Source: Polyangiaceae bacterium
Lineage (GTDB): Bacteria; Myxococcota_A; Polyangia; Polyangiales; Polyangiaceae
Assembly (NCBI GenBank): GCA_044222475.1
Contig: JBGANF010000009.1
Location: forward strand, 1 to 64,000
DNA length: 64,000 nt
Direction: 5' to 3'
In this document: in pieces, positions 31,287 through 41,674 of the stretch
Layout: each line of letters starts with the position of its first letter
Position numbering within the stretch: the first letter of the stretch is position 1
Notes under the pieces: generated by a model
Seen by the model: the letters and a program-made list of their open reading frames with translations, nothing else
Databases searched by the model: none
Told to the model about the DNA's origin: nothing
Program-made: the position numbers and the translations under genes

Positions 31287-31729
31287 CGCTCGTACGGCTC
31301 GCCGAACTTGGCTCGCAGGTACTCCTCCTCTGGACGCACCGCGATGAAGTGCACGACGAGGAGCGCGGGGCCGGCGAAGAGCGAGATCCAGAGATCGTCG
31401 AGGGTGACCCCGAGCCCGACGAGGAACACGGTGATGCCGAGGTACATCGGGTTCCGGGTGAACCGGTAGGGCCCCGACGCAATCAGCTCGGGTGTGGGTG
31501 TCCACGGGACCGGATTCTGGCCGGTGCGATGAAAGAGAATGCGGGCCGAGGCGACGAGGGCCACGGCGGACGCCTGGACCAGGACGCCCAGCGCGACCCG
31601 CACGACGACGTCCACGGGTACGTGCGCGGGCACGACGGCGTACCGGAGGCCGAGTCCGATGGCAGCGCAGAGTAGAAAGACGAGTGGCGGAGGGAAGCGC
31701 ACGCGGGCGCCGCGTTCGACGGTGCTCAT
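31256..31729 (-). CDS. Isoprenylcysteine carboxyl methyltransferase family membrane protein
   Basis: SGPYRFTRNPMYLG, PEEEYL..FGEPY..Y..VRRYL. Confidence 0.9.
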   Translation of the reverse strand: MSTVERGARVRFPPPLVFLLCAAIGLGLRYAVVPAHVPVDVVVRVALGVLVQASAVALVASARILFHRTGQNPVPWTPTPELIASGPYRFTRNPMYLGITVFLVGLGVTLDDLWISLFAGPALLVVHFIAVRPEEEYLRAKFGEPYERYLARVRRYL

Positions 31730-31803
31730 GACGAAAAGCTAGCTTCGGACGGGTCATGCGAGAATCCTTTGAGTATGCATGTCGATCATGCAATTGTGCA
31801 TGG

Positions 31804-32691
31804 ATGGCGACGAGCGAGTGGGGCGACTACCGCTTCTTTCTGGCGCTCGTGAGGGCCGGCTCTCTGTCGGGCGCGGCTCGAGTACTCGGCGTCGACCAAT
31901 CCACCGTCGGGCGCCGCTTGGCTGCGCTCGAGGGCGCGGTCGGCGTGCGGCTCTTCGATCGTACTCCCGACGGATACGTGCTGACCGCGGCGGGCGAGAG
32001 CGTCCGCGCCGACGTGGAGGCCCTGGAGAGTGGGTTCCTCGCCGTCGACCGCCGCCTCTCGGGCGGCGACGCCCGCGTCGCCGGAGTCGTTCGCATCGCG
32101 ACGACCGAGGTCTTCGCCAGCATGTACGTGATCCCGGAGCTCGCGGCGCTCGCCTCGAGACACCCCGGGCTTTCGATCGAGCTGATCGCCGGCATCCGGC
32201 CCGTCGATCTCGCGCGCCGAGAGGCGGACATCGCGGTGCGGCTGGGGGCGGCCCCGAAGCAGCCCAACTTGGTCGTGCGCGAGATTGGTGTCGCGCGGTT
32301 CGCCCTCTACTGCGCGGCGAGCTACCTCGCGCGACGCGGTCAGCCTCGCTTGCGCGGAGGGCTCCGCGGTCATGCCATCGTCGCCTACGGCGCCGAGATG
32401 GCCGACGTTCCGATCTCGCGGTGGCTCCAGGAGCATGCTCACGCCGCAGACGTCGCCTTTCGCGCGAACACGATCGCCGCAGTACACGAAGCCGTGACGG
32501 CGGGCCTCGGCCTCGGGGTCTTGCCGTGCGGGGTCGGCGACCGAAATCTCCGCCGCGTCGGGTCCGCGATCGCTGGCGCGAGCCCAGTCCTGACGGTCGT
32601 CCACGAGGATCTCGCCCGCACGGCCCGCGTACGCGCCGTCCACGACTTCCTCTCGGACGTGATGCGACGTTCGCGTATGCTGGCGCGATGA
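31804..32691 (+). CDS. LysR family regulator
   Basis: WGDYRFFLAL..GSLSGAARVLGVDQSTVGRR; DLARREADIAVR. Confidence 0.92.
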   Translation: MATSEWGDYRFFLALVRAGSLSGAARVLGVDQSTVGRRLAALEGAVGVRLFDRTPDGYVLTAAGESVRADVEALESGFLAVDRRLSGGDARVAGVVRIATTEVFASMYVIPELAALASRHPGLSIELIAGIRPVDLARREADIAVRLGAAPKQPNLVVREIGVARFALYCAASYLARRGQPRLRGGLRGHAIVAYGAEMADVPISRWLQEHAHAADVAFRANTIAAVHEAVTAGLGLGVLPCGVGDRNLRRVGSAIAGASPVLTVVHEDLARTARVRAVHDFLSDVMRRSRMLAR

Positions 32692-33119
32692 AGCGTATCG
32701 GGTTCGTCGTCGCAGCGTGCGTCGTGTGGCTCGGTTGCAAGGGCTCCGCCGCGACCACCGAACCGGCCGCGCCGTCGGCGTCGACCGCGACCACGACGAA
32801 CACGACGACCACGGCGACGACGACGACGACCGCGACCGCGCCGAGCGCCGCCGCGAGCACGCCGCCGACGGACACCGTCGGCACGCTCCGGCCCCGCCCG
32901 CCGGCGGGCCCGTGCACGTGTGCGCGCATCCAAGTGGGCGGGATCTACCCCCACCAGAACGGGCACGCGATGCAGCGGCACGATCAAGACGTGAAGGTCC
33001 TCAGCGTGGACTCGAGCGCGTGCACGGCGACGTTGAAGGACGTCGCGAGCGGCGCCACGCGAACCGAACGCTGCGATTCGTCGTTCTTCGACGAGCCGTA
33101 CATCAACCCCGCGGGCTGA
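32688..33119 (+). CDS. Hypothetical lipoprotein with Thr-rich linker
   Basis: MKRIGFVVAACVVWLGC signal/lipobox; TATTTNTTTTATTTTTAT linker; small Cys-containing C-domain. Confidence 0.6.
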   Translation: MKRIGFVVAACVVWLGCKGSAATTEPAAPSASTATTTNTTTTATTTTTATAPSAAASTPPTDTVGTLRPRPPAGPCTCARIQVGGIYPHQNGHAMQRHDQDVKVLSVDSSACTATLKDVASGATRTERCDSSFFDEPYINPAG

Positions 33120-33120
33120 C

Positions 33121-34617
33121 TCAGTAGACGAGCGACGCGTCGAGCCCCACGCTCGACTCTCCGTACTCCCGCGTCACCTCGCGCACCGCCGACGTCCGCT
33201 CGCGATGGACGACGTGGAGATCGAGCCCGAGCATCCCGACGCGCAACGCCGCACCTCCTCCGTACGTCACCTCGTGATCGGCGAAGTACACGTAGTCACC
33301 GACGTTCGTTCGATCGTACCCAGCGATGCTGCGGGCCGCGAACAGGCTCATTTCGGCGTGCAGGGCGACGGGGCCGAGGTGCAACGCCAGCGAGGGAACG
33401 AACCGCCCGCCGATCCCGTACGTGTAGCCCTGATCCAGCGCCACCGACGCGACGCCCGACGGCGAGTGCACCGCGCGGTAGTCGTCGATCGCCAACGCAG
33501 TCGGGCTCGCGAACGAGCCCGCCGTCCCCAGCACGAGGTGCAGCTTGGCCGGACCGAAGTGGAGCCACTGATCGAGGCCGATGGTGACCAGATCGAGCGA
33601 CGCGATCCTATCGGCGGCGCTCTGCCGGCGGCGGTCCCATTGGTGGAACGCATATTGGAACCCCAACCCGATCGAGGTCAGCGTCGAGTGGCCCATCAGC
33701 CGATCGGAAGGTCCACGAAGCGACTGCTCCAAGTACGATGCGAGCGCGATCTGGGCTGCGAAGCGCGCGTCGACCGGCTCTCCCTCGGAGAACGTCGCCT
33801 CGATGCCGAGCGACGACACGTTGCCGTCGGTGAGCCACCGCCCCGTCCGACCGCGGCGCTCGTAGCCGGGAGCGTGGACGATGCGGCTCGACAGCGCGAC
33901 GCGGGTGTCGAAATAGTGGTAGCCCGCTTGCGTGGTCGCACCCACCCCCACGGTCGCACGAAGATCGTGGGTCCCCTGCTCTTCCCGCTCGCGCATCACC
34001 GACACTCCGTCGAGCGTGTCGTGCACCTTCGCCGGCGCGCCGAAGATCCACGCGAAGGTCTGCGATCCGGCCGTCTTCGGCGCGCGGTCGAAGAACGCGC
34101 CGAGCTGGACGAGCGCCTCGCCGATGACGAGACCGCCGACCGGCGTCACGATCATGTCGTTGATGCTGACCTGCTCGCGAAACTCGCCGAAGTACTCCCA
34201 CGCGGTGGACGCGGCGAAGGTCACCAAGAACGCCTCGCCGATCCCGAGGCGGTTGGCGCGCGCCGCGGAGTAGTAGAGGAGCCCCGCGACCGGGTGGGTC
34301 ACCCAGTTCGTGTCGAACCGGTTCGTGTCGAACGCAATCGCGCTCCCCGCGATCTTCTTTCCCAGGGTCCCCCACGAGTAGTCGAGATCCCAGTCCGCCG
34401 AATTACTTGTAGTCTGCAAATACTGGAGATACCCCGCACCGAGGAGGCCGATCTCCTCCAGCGCGACGCGAACCGGGTTCTTCGAGACCGGCAGGGCGTA
34501 GCGAAACGTCCGATCGGGCGCCGCCCACCCGTCCGCGCTCGGCTCCGCCGCGCGCGCGGGCGACGAGCCCGCGAGCACGAGCGCGAGCGCAAGGAGGCAG
34601 GGGGCCCCGCGGCGCAT
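33121..34617 (-). CDS. DUF3943 domain secreted/outer-membrane protein
   Basis: Signal peptide; NWVTHPVAGLLYYSAARAN, WEYFGE..SINDMIVTPVGG; aromatic C-terminus. Confidence 0.78.
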   Translation of the reverse strand: MRRGAPCLLALALVLAGSSPARAAEPSADGWAAPDRTFRYALPVSKNPVRVALEEIGLLGAGYLQYLQTTSNSADWDLDYSWGTLGKKIAGSAIAFDTNRFDTNWVTHPVAGLLYYSAARANRLGIGEAFLVTFAASTAWEYFGEFREQVSINDMIVTPVGGLVIGEALVQLGAFFDRAPKTAGSQTFAWIFGAPAKVHDTLDGVSVMREREEQGTHDLRATVGVGATTQAGYHYFDTRVALSSRIVHAPGYERRGRTGRWLTDGNVSSLGIEATFSEGEPVDARFAAQIALASYLEQSLRGPSDRLMGHSTLTSIGLGFQYAFHQWDRRRQSAADRIASLDLVTIGLDQWLHFGPAKLHLVLGTAGSFASPTALAIDDYRAVHSPSGVASVALDQGYTYGIGGRFVPSLALHLGPVALHAEMSLFAARSIAGYDRTNVGDYVYFADHEVTYGGGAALRVGMLGLDLHVVHRERTSAVREVTREYGESSVGLDASLVY

Positions 34618-34619
34618 GA

Positions 34620-35753
34620 TCAGAACACTCCGCTCAGACCTGCCTGCGCCCCGCCGGAGACCGGCGCGAGGACCGGCTGCACGCTCACCGCCGCGGCCTT
34701 GGTCGCGCTCGGTCCGAGGTCGCGCTGCATTCCAGAGGTCGCGATCCACGTGAGGGTGAGACCGGTCGCGGCCCCGAGCGACGCGATCCCGAGCGCGGCG
34801 CGCTGGTCTGCGTCGCTCTGGGTCGCCAGCGCGTAGATCCCGAGCGAGAGCAACCCGCCGGCGACGCCTCCGAGGTCGACGAAGCGCATCCTCGCGACGC
34901 TCGGCGAGAGCGTCGGGCCGAGCGCGAGCCCGGTGACGAGTCCCGCGTTGTAGCCCAGGCCGCCGACGAGGAAGAGGCTCTCGGTGCGGCGATCGCCGTA
35001 CGGGAGGATCGCCCCGCTGATGCCAGCAGCGAGCAGGCCGCCCCACATCGTCGCGGAGGCGCTGAAGGCGACGCGACCGGGCGTCGGCTGGCGCGCGTAC
35101 CCGATCAACGTCGAGGTGACGGCTCCGACGGTCGCCATCGACCAGAGGACGGCGGCGTCGGTGGCGGTGCTCCACCGTGTCTCGAAGCCCGTCGTGTTGC
35201 GGATCCGCGACGCGCGCGAGTGCTGCATCGCGAGGACCCAGATCCCTTCGCCGAGGCCGAGGTAGAGCCCCGTCGCGATCGATTGGGGTACGCCGCGAGG
35301 AAACTCCGCGTAGCGGTCGACGAGCGCGACGGCTCCGACGGCGCCGAGGGTGAACCCGGCGAACGGCAGCATCGCCGCGAGCACGTTGTTCGGCGCCGTC
35401 TCGAGGACGAACCACGCCGAAGTGCCGACGCCGTACGCGAAGGCGCTCGTGTAGAGGAGCATCATCTCCTCGGGAGATCGCCGCTTCGTGTCGGTCGGCG
35501 CGGCGAGCATCGCGCGGCAGACGCTGCTCAGCTCCGTGGCGAGCGTGCGATCGGTCGCGTCGACCGCCGTCGTGGCGAGCTCGTCGAGCTCGACGATCGC
35601 GGGGATGCAATCGCCTCGGGTCACCTTCGTCTTCGCGGCGTCGTACCGAGCGCGCCACGCGACGCGAGGGGCTTCGTCGGCGCGGGCATGGCCGACTCCG
35701 AGGACGAGGAAGGTCGCGACGAGGCCGGCGGAAAGAAGGCGATGCGGTTTCAA
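34620..35753 (-). CDS. Hypothetical secreted/membrane protein, Gly-rich hydrophobic
   Basis: TTG start overlapping the upstream stop; signal peptide ending HARA; many Gly-rich hydrophobic segments; C-terminal GLSGVF. Confidence 0.65.
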   Translation of the reverse strand: MKPHRLLSAGLVATFLVLGVGHARADEAPRVAWRARYDAAKTKVTRGDCIPAIVELDELATTAVDATDRTLATELSSVCRAMLAAPTDTKRRSPEEMMLLYTSAFAYGVGTSAWFVLETAPNNVLAAMLPFAGFTLGAVGAVALVDRYAEFPRGVPQSIATGLYLGLGEGIWVLAMQHSRASRIRNTTGFETRWSTATDAAVLWSMATVGAVTSTLIGYARQPTPGRVAFSASATMWGGLLAAGISGAILPYGDRRTESLFLVGGLGYNAGLVTGLALGPTLSPSVARMRFVDLGGVAGGLLSLGIYALATQSDADQRAALGIASLGAATGLTLTWIATSGMQRDLGPSATKAAAVSVQPVLAPVSGGAQAGLSGVF

Positions 35754-37378
35754 AATCTTGCTCCGATCGAGAACGTGATCGTGTTTTCGCGGCGAGAGTC
35801 TGCGGTGTCGCCCACGGTGCCGGATCGCACGAGGCTCGTCGCCTCGGCAGAGACGCGGACGTGCGGCACACGGAAGAGGTAGCCGAGCGAAGCGCGGTAG
35901 CGCACTCGCCGGTCCGAGCGGGGGACGTCGTGGGTGAGCTTCGCTTCGTCGTCGTCGAGCCCGAGGATCGCGTGCCAGTCGTCGACCGCGACCTCCCCCG
36001 CGAGCTCGAGATCGTACACTGCCAGCTCGAGCGACGTCGCGATCGAGGGCCCGGCGGCGAAGTAGTAGCCCTCCTTGCGGAGGACCAACGGCAGGTCGTT
36101 GGGGGCCCTCTGCGCTACGTACGCACCGAGGGCGTACGCGTGGGCCCCGACGAAGTCGGCGCCGAGCTGCGCGCGAGCGCGCATGCGGAAAGGACCGCTC
36201 TCGCGAGTGTACTCGCCCGAGACGCCGAGCACGGTGACGCGCGCCGACTGGTCCAACGTGCGGGCGCGATCGCGATCGTAGTCGTGGACGCCGTACTCGA
36301 AGCCTACGTACACGCCGGCGAGCGCGCCTTCCCCACGAACGCGCCCGCTGCGATCGAGCCACCCGCTCCTCGCGTAGTACCCGGCGAGCGTCGCTTGGGT
36401 GCTGAACCTCGCATCGACGAGGTGCCCGCCGGACATGCCCGCGTCGAAGCGGAGGCGCGCGAGGTTGCCGTCGGCGAACGAGCGCGAGTGCTTCCCGACG
36501 CCCCCGTAGTCCGGGAGGTTGATCACCTCTGCGTCGAGGTGCAGCCGCTGATCGAAGTACGCCGATGGCGAGCCCTGTTGCCACGTCGCCCCGGCGCCGA
36601 GCGAGAAGTCGAAGCGATGCCACACGTCGGTGGGGAAGCCGAGGTCGTCGAACGTCGACGACCGATCGGGCGCGAGGCCGTCCAGCTGCTCGTGGATGAA
36701 CCTCGGCGGGCAGAAGAACGCCTGCAGGATCCCGTTTGCGACGTTGCGGCGGCCGCGAGAGAAGAACCCGCCGAGCTGGTTCAACACCTCGCCGTTCGAG
36801 AGGCCAGCCCACGGAGTGACGATCATGTCGTTGTAGCTGGGCTTCTCGGTGATCTCGCCGAGCATCTCCCAGATGAGCGATCCGGTGAACGCCCAGCCGA
36901 ACGACGGCAGGAGGGTGAGCCGGTTCGAGCGCGCCGACAGGTAGTAGAGCGTGCCGCCCAGAGGGTGCCCGATGAAGTTCGTGTTGAAGTGGTTGATGTC
37001 GAACGACTGCGCGTTGCCTCCCAGCTTGTCGTGGAAGATGGACCAGTCGTACGGCGGGGCCACCGAGCTCCGGCTCGCTTTGGTGCTCACGAGGTACTCC
37101 AGGAAGCCGATGCCGAGCACTCCGACGCCTTCGAGGACGGCGCGGAAGTAGTCCTTCGGGTACGGCGTCGTGTACCGGAAGGCATCGGCCCGGTCGTCCC
37201 CGTCGCTCACGACGATCGGGTTGGCTGCCTTCGCCTCACGGGTCGCCAGCAAGACCGAGAAGACCGAGGCGAGGACCGACCAGCGGGCGAACGACACGAA
37301 CCCGCCATCTGCATGGACCGTGCTCAGCCCGTTTCCTCGTCGCGCCGCGTCGTCCGGCGCAAGCATTGCTCCGGGCAC
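35750..37378 (-). CDS. DUF3943 domain protein, paralogue of 33121-34617 (start uncertain)
   Basis: NFIGHPLGGTLYYLSARSN, WEMLGE..SYNDMIVTPWAG; C-terminal Phe. Confidence 0.78.
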   Translation of the reverse strand: MPGAMLAPDDAARRGNGLSTVHADGGFVSFARWSVLASVFSVLLATREAKAANPIVVSDGDDRADAFRYTTPYPKDYFRAVLEGVGVLGIGFLEYLVSTKASRSSVAPPYDWSIFHDKLGGNAQSFDINHFNTNFIGHPLGGTLYYLSARSNRLTLLPSFGWAFTGSLIWEMLGEITEKPSYNDMIVTPWAGLSNGEVLNQLGGFFSRGRRNVANGILQAFFCPPRFIHEQLDGLAPDRSSTFDDLGFPTDVWHRFDFSLGAGATWQQGSPSAYFDQRLHLDAEVINLPDYGGVGKHSRSFADGNLARLRFDAGMSGGHLVDARFSTQATLAGYYARSGWLDRSGRVRGEGALAGVYVGFEYGVHDYDRDRARTLDQSARVTVLGVSGEYTRESGPFRMRARAQLGADFVGAHAYALGAYVAQRAPNDLPLVLRKEGYYFAAGPSIATSLELAVYDLELAGEVAVDDWHAILGLDDDEAKLTHDVPRSDRRVRYRASLGYLFRVPHVRVSAEATSLVRSGTVGDTADSRRENTITFSIGARF

Positions 37379-37396
37379 GCGCAGAAGATGCGCGAC

Positions 37397-38620
37397 TCAC
37401 TTCACGAAACGAAACCCGCTCGGGGACTGGATCGCCACGTGGAGCGACCCGTAGTTGAGCGTCGGCGTCCCCTCGGCCTCGATGACCCGGCCGCGCAGCG
37501 CGTAGAGCTTCTCCCGACTCGTCCCACCCACGATGCCGAGGAGGACCTCGACGACGACGGTGGTGATGGTCTTCCCTCGCGGTGCCTCGAGCGTGAGGTA
37601 CGCGAAGCCCATGTCGCTCGCGCTCGCGATCGTCCCGCGAAGGAGCACTGGCTTGCCGACGTTCGCGATCAGCGCCGCCTCGTCGGTCGCGTCGACGATG
37701 GCCCGCGGCATCGTCGTGAAGGTCGACATGCGCGTCGTGAGTACGCCGTTCCACGTCGCGGTGATCATCGCGGTGTAGCGCGTCGACGTCTTCAACGGCT
37801 CCTTCGGGATGAGCGCGACGATGCCGGGCTGGTCGTTGTACTTGCTGGCCGGCTGCTCGGGGGACGAGAAGAAGAACGGCACGGGCTGACCCGCGCCGTC
37901 GACGAGCGTCGCGCTCGCGCCGGTCAGCGGCTCGTACGCGGGGAAGTTCAGCGTGATGGGGTGACCGGCGAAGACGACCGGCGGCGGGATCGGGTTCGGC
38001 TCTTCGCGCACCATGTCCACCGGTACGTCGACTTGTCCGTTCGCCGGGTACACGACCGGAAACGCCGACGGCGGCGCGCTCCCCCACACGAACTGCAGCG
38101 CGAAGGCGAAGCGACCTCCAGCGGGGAGCGGCGCGTATCCGATGCCGACCGTCTGCACGTTGGGCGCGATGATGGGTCGGCGGTGGTAGACGCTCGCCAT
38201 CCAACCGTGCACGGCGTGCACGGGATCGTCGATGTTCGGATAGAGGTCCGCCGCTCGCCCGCAGGCCGCACCTTCGGGCGTCGCGCCGGGCAACGTCGGA
38301 TCCTGGTGGTGCGCGTTGATGCTGTAGAGCTGCGGCTTGCCGCGGTTCTCCACCATGTACGCGGCGTGCTCGCGACAGCCCTTGCTGAGCGACGGGTCCA
38401 TCGCGACCGGCGGCACGCCGGCCGCCGCGCGATACGCGTTCACGGCGGTGAGCATCCTGCCCTCGAAGCTGCTCGGGTCCGGCGGCGGAAACGCGGGGGC
38501 CTGAGGCGGCGGCGGCGCCTGTACCGCCGGCGCGCGTGGCGGCGCGGAACCTCCTCCGCACGCGATGCAACCGAGAACGAGAACGCGCGCGATCCGTCGC
38601 ACCCATCGATCGTACGACAC
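37397..38620 (-). CDS. CAP/SCP domain lipoprotein
   Basis: Lipobox-like IAC, Pro-rich linker; VNAYRAAAG, HAAYM, GWMASVYHRRPI, VGIG. Confidence 0.8.
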   Translation of the reverse strand: MSYDRWVRRIARVLVLGCIACGGGSAPPRAPAVQAPPPPQAPAFPPPDPSSFEGRMLTAVNAYRAAAGVPPVAMDPSLSKGCREHAAYMVENRGKPQLYSINAHHQDPTLPGATPEGAACGRAADLYPNIDDPVHAVHGWMASVYHRRPIIAPNVQTVGIGYAPLPAGGRFAFALQFVWGSAPPSAFPVVYPANGQVDVPVDMVREEPNPIPPPVVFAGHPITLNFPAYEPLTGASATLVDGAGQPVPFFFSSPEQPASKYNDQPGIVALIPKEPLKTSTRYTAMITATWNGVLTTRMSTFTTMPRAIVDATDEAALIANVGKPVLLRGTIASASDMGFAYLTLEAPRGKTITTVVVEVLLGIVGGTSREKLYALRGRVIEAEGTPTLNYGSLHVAIQSPSGFRFVK

Positions 38621-38646
38621 TTTCGAACTTCCCGTATCGTAGCGGG

Positions 38647-40050
38647 ATGCGCGCCGGCCCGTGGCTCGCCGCCGCCGCCCTCGCGATCCTCGCGTTCGCG
38701 ACGCCGGCTGCAGCCGAGCCGATCACGAAGAGCGACTACACGCTGGAGTACTTCCAGGGTCCGGTCACGAGCTCGAGCCGCGTCATCGGTCTCGCCGGCG
38801 CGTTCACCGCGATCGCCGAGTGGTGCGAGGGCGAGTACGCCAACGCGGCGTCTCCGGCGGCGCGCCCGCGCTCGAGCCTGCGCGCCTTCGACTACGATCT
38901 ATGTCTCGGCTTCACGACGCCGGGCGCGTTCGGAGGGAACGACTTCGAGAACGCCGGAAGTCAGTCGAAGTCGTCTCGATTCCTCGACTCCACGACGCTG
39001 AACCTCGGGCTGCAGATCATCTATCGCATGTTCGGGGCCACGCTGAACTTCGACGCATACACCCTCGGCGTCGTCACCGGCGGCCCGGCGGCGACGCGTA
39101 CCGACATCGGTATCAACCGCTTCACGACGTCGGCCGCGGTGTCGCTCCTCGGCGGTCAGCTTCTCCTCGGCGCGGGCATGAGGACCGCATCGCTCGTCGT
39201 CGACGAGACCCTCGGCGACGCGACGGCGCGCGAGATCGACCGCGGAGGAGTCGGGTTTCAACTCGGTGCCATCGCGGCCCCGCACTCGCTCCCGTTTCGG
39301 GTCGGCTTCACGGCGCGCGGCCCGATCGCGATCGACGGCACCGAAGGTCAAGCGGGTGGGAAGATCCTCCCGCAGCGCATCGTCCTCCCTTGGGAGCTCG
39401 AGGTCGGCGGCGCGCTCGAGCTCGGGGCTCGCACGTTCAACACCGCGTGGGTCGACCCGGCGATCGAAGAGGACGTGATCCGCGCGCGTTACCGCTCACG
39501 CATCCGCGCTCGCCTCGACCAGCGCAACCGCATCCTCGCCGCCACGCCGCCAGCCGAACGCAAGCAGAAGAAGGAGGCGCTGGAGCGCGCGGACAAGGCC
39601 GCCGACGACAAAGACGACGACGAAATGGACGCCGAGGTCGCCGCCCTCCGCAAGTGGCGCACCGGCATGCGCCACACCGAGAAGCGCCAGACCGCGATCC
39701 TCATGGCGAGCCTCCTGTTCACCGGTGCGGTGGCGAACGCAGTCAGCATCACCGGGTTCATCGATCAGCAGCGAATCCCGTACGGCGGGCGCCTCTCGGT
39801 CTCGCCGCGCATCGGCCTCGAGGGCGAGCTCATCAAGAACTGGGTCATGGTTCGCGCAGGGTCGTACCTCGAACCGTCGCTCTTCGCCGACGTGCCGTAC
39901 CGCGCGCACTTCACCGGCGGCTTCGATCTCAAGCTCTTCGTGTTCAACCCGTTCGGGATCTTCGGGGCCGACCCGTGGCGCATCCGCGTCGCCGTGGACG
40001 TGGCGTCGCGCTACTTCAACACGTCGTTCTCGCTCGGAAAGTACTATTGA
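38647..40050 (+). CDS. Hypothetical secreted protein, probable outer-membrane beta-barrel
   Basis: Signal peptide AAAE; alternating beta-strand pattern; aromatic C-terminus; charged helical insertion. Confidence 0.6.
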   Translation: MRAGPWLAAAALAILAFATPAAAEPITKSDYTLEYFQGPVTSSSRVIGLAGAFTAIAEWCEGEYANAASPAARPRSSLRAFDYDLCLGFTTPGAFGGNDFENAGSQSKSSRFLDSTTLNLGLQIIYRMFGATLNFDAYTLGVVTGGPAATRTDIGINRFTTSAAVSLLGGQLLLGAGMRTASLVVDETLGDATAREIDRGGVGFQLGAIAAPHSLPFRVGFTARGPIAIDGTEGQAGGKILPQRIVLPWELEVGGALELGARTFNTAWVDPAIEEDVIRARYRSRIRARLDQRNRILAATPPAERKQKKEALERADKAADDKDDDEMDAEVAALRKWRTGMRHTEKRQTAILMASLLFTGAVANAVSITGFIDQQRIPYGGRLSVSPRIGLEGELIKNWVMVRAGSYLEPSLFADVPYRAHFTGGFDLKLFVFNPFGIFGADPWRIRVAVDVASRYFNTSFSLGKYY

Positions 40051-40061
40051 GGTCGGCCCCC

Positions 40062-41642
40062 ATGGAAACCCCGCTCACGCCTCTCGAGTTCATGCGCCGC
40101 ACGCGACGTCTCCACGCTGCACGCGAGGCCGTCGTCGACGGCGACCTTCGGCTCACCTACGCGCAGTTCTTCGATCGCTGCGACCGTTGGTCGAAGGTGC
40201 TCCAGGGTCTCGGGGTGAAGAAGGGCGACCGCGTCGCGTACGTCGCGCCGAACACCCACGCTCAGTTGGAGTCGTTCTACGCCGTGCCCCAGATCGGCGC
40301 GGTCGTCGTGCCGATCAACTACCGACTCACCGCCGACGACTTCGCGTACATCATCGCGCATTCCGGGGCGAAGGTCGTGTGCGCGCACCCCGACTACGTC
40401 GCCATGCTCGACGGGGTCCGCGACCGACTTCCCGGAGTCACGCACTTCGTCGCGCTCGAGAGCAGCGCGTCGGAGCACGCGTGGCTCGACTACGAAGCGG
40501 CGATCTCGGCTGCGTCGACGGACTTCGCGCGCCCGGAGATCGCCGAGACGGACCTCCTCACGATCAACTACACGAGCGGCACGACGGCGCGCCCCAAGGG
40601 CGTCATGATCACGCACCGCAACGCGTACCTCAACGCCGTCGGCACGCTGCTTCATGCGCCGATGACGTGCGGCGATCGATACCTATGGACGCTCCCGATG
40701 TTCCACGCGAACGGGTGGACCTTCACGTGGATCGTGACCGCGGTCGGCGCGAAGCACGTCTGCCTGCGCAAGGTCGAGCCCGCGAAGATCTTCGCCGAGC
40801 TCGCGCGCGAGGGCATCACGATGCTGTGCGCCGCTCCCACGGTGCTGATCGGCGTCGCGAACGCTCCCGACGACGTGCGCCGGGGCGCGCCTCGCGGCGT
40901 TCGAGTCCTCACCGCCGGCGCTCCGCCGGCCGCGGCGACGATCGCGCGGGTCGAGGGCGAGCTCGGCTGGGACATCCTCCACGTCTACGGTCTCACCGAG
41001 ACGGCACCCTTCATCACCGTGTGCGAACCGCGCCCCGAGCACGCGGCGCTCACGCCCGAAGCCCGCGCGACGGTGAAGGCCCGCCAAGGCGTGGAGCTCC
41101 TCACGTCCGGCGAGCTCCTCGTCGTCGACGAAGAGGGCCGCGAGGTCCCTCACGACGGCAAGACCGTCGGCGAGATCGTGGTCCGGGGCAACGTCGTGAT
41201 GAAGGGCTACTTCGACGATCCCGAGGCGACCGACCTCGCCCTGCGCGGCGGCTACTTTCACTCGGGTGACGCCGCCGTGGTTCACCCCGACGGCTACGCG
41301 GAGGTGCGCGATCGCATCAAGGACGTCATCATCAGCGGCGGCGAGAACATCTCGTCCGTCGAGGTCGAGGGCGTGCTCCTGCAACACGCCGCGATTCAGG
41401 AGGTCGCCGTCGTCGGGATGCCGAGCGAGAAGTGGGGCGAGTCTCCCCACGCGTTCCTCGTCCTGCGCGCCGGCGCGACCGCGCCGCCCGAGGCCGAGCT
41501 CCGCGCGTTCGTGCGCGAGCGCTTGGCGCACTTCAAGTGCCCTCAAGGCTTCCACGTCGTCGCCGAGCTCCCGAAGACGGCGACCGGGAAGGTTCAGAAG
41601 TTCGTCCTTCGAGGGAGACGAGCGGGAATCACGGCGCAGTGA
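40062..41642 (+). CDS. Acyl-CoA synthetase (AMP-forming)
   Basis: YTSGTTARPKG, YGLTET, HSGD, RIKDVIISGGENISS, PKTATGK. Confidence 0.95.
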   Translation: METPLTPLEFMRRTRRLHAAREAVVDGDLRLTYAQFFDRCDRWSKVLQGLGVKKGDRVAYVAPNTHAQLESFYAVPQIGAVVVPINYRLTADDFAYIIAHSGAKVVCAHPDYVAMLDGVRDRLPGVTHFVALESSASEHAWLDYEAAISAASTDFARPEIAETDLLTINYTSGTTARPKGVMITHRNAYLNAVGTLLHAPMTCGDRYLWTLPMFHANGWTFTWIVTAVGAKHVCLRKVEPAKIFAELAREGITMLCAAPTVLIGVANAPDDVRRGAPRGVRVLTAGAPPAAATIARVEGELGWDILHVYGLTETAPFITVCEPRPEHAALTPEARATVKARQGVELLTSGELLVVDEEGREVPHDGKTVGEIVVRGNVVMKGYFDDPEATDLALRGGYFHSGDAAVVHPDGYAEVRDRIKDVIISGGENISSVEVEGVLLQHAAIQEVAVVGMPSEKWGESPHAFLVLRAGATAPPEAELRAFVRERLAHFKCPQGFHVVAELPKTATGKVQKFVLRGRRAGITAQ

Positions 41643-41674
41643 GCGGGGCCGCCCCGGACTGAAGTCCGGGGTGC

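Noticed and set aside
32780..32860. ACG/ACC tandem low-complexity repeat
   Set aside because: Encodes a Thr-rich linker in a lipoprotein; not a separate DNA element
35861..39001. Very long alternative-frame ORFs (also 11073-13361, 19833-21974, 27408-29531, 43417-47040)
   Set aside because: Shadow ORFs of real genes caused by stop-codon scarcity at high GC; Arg/Ala-rich and without domain motifs
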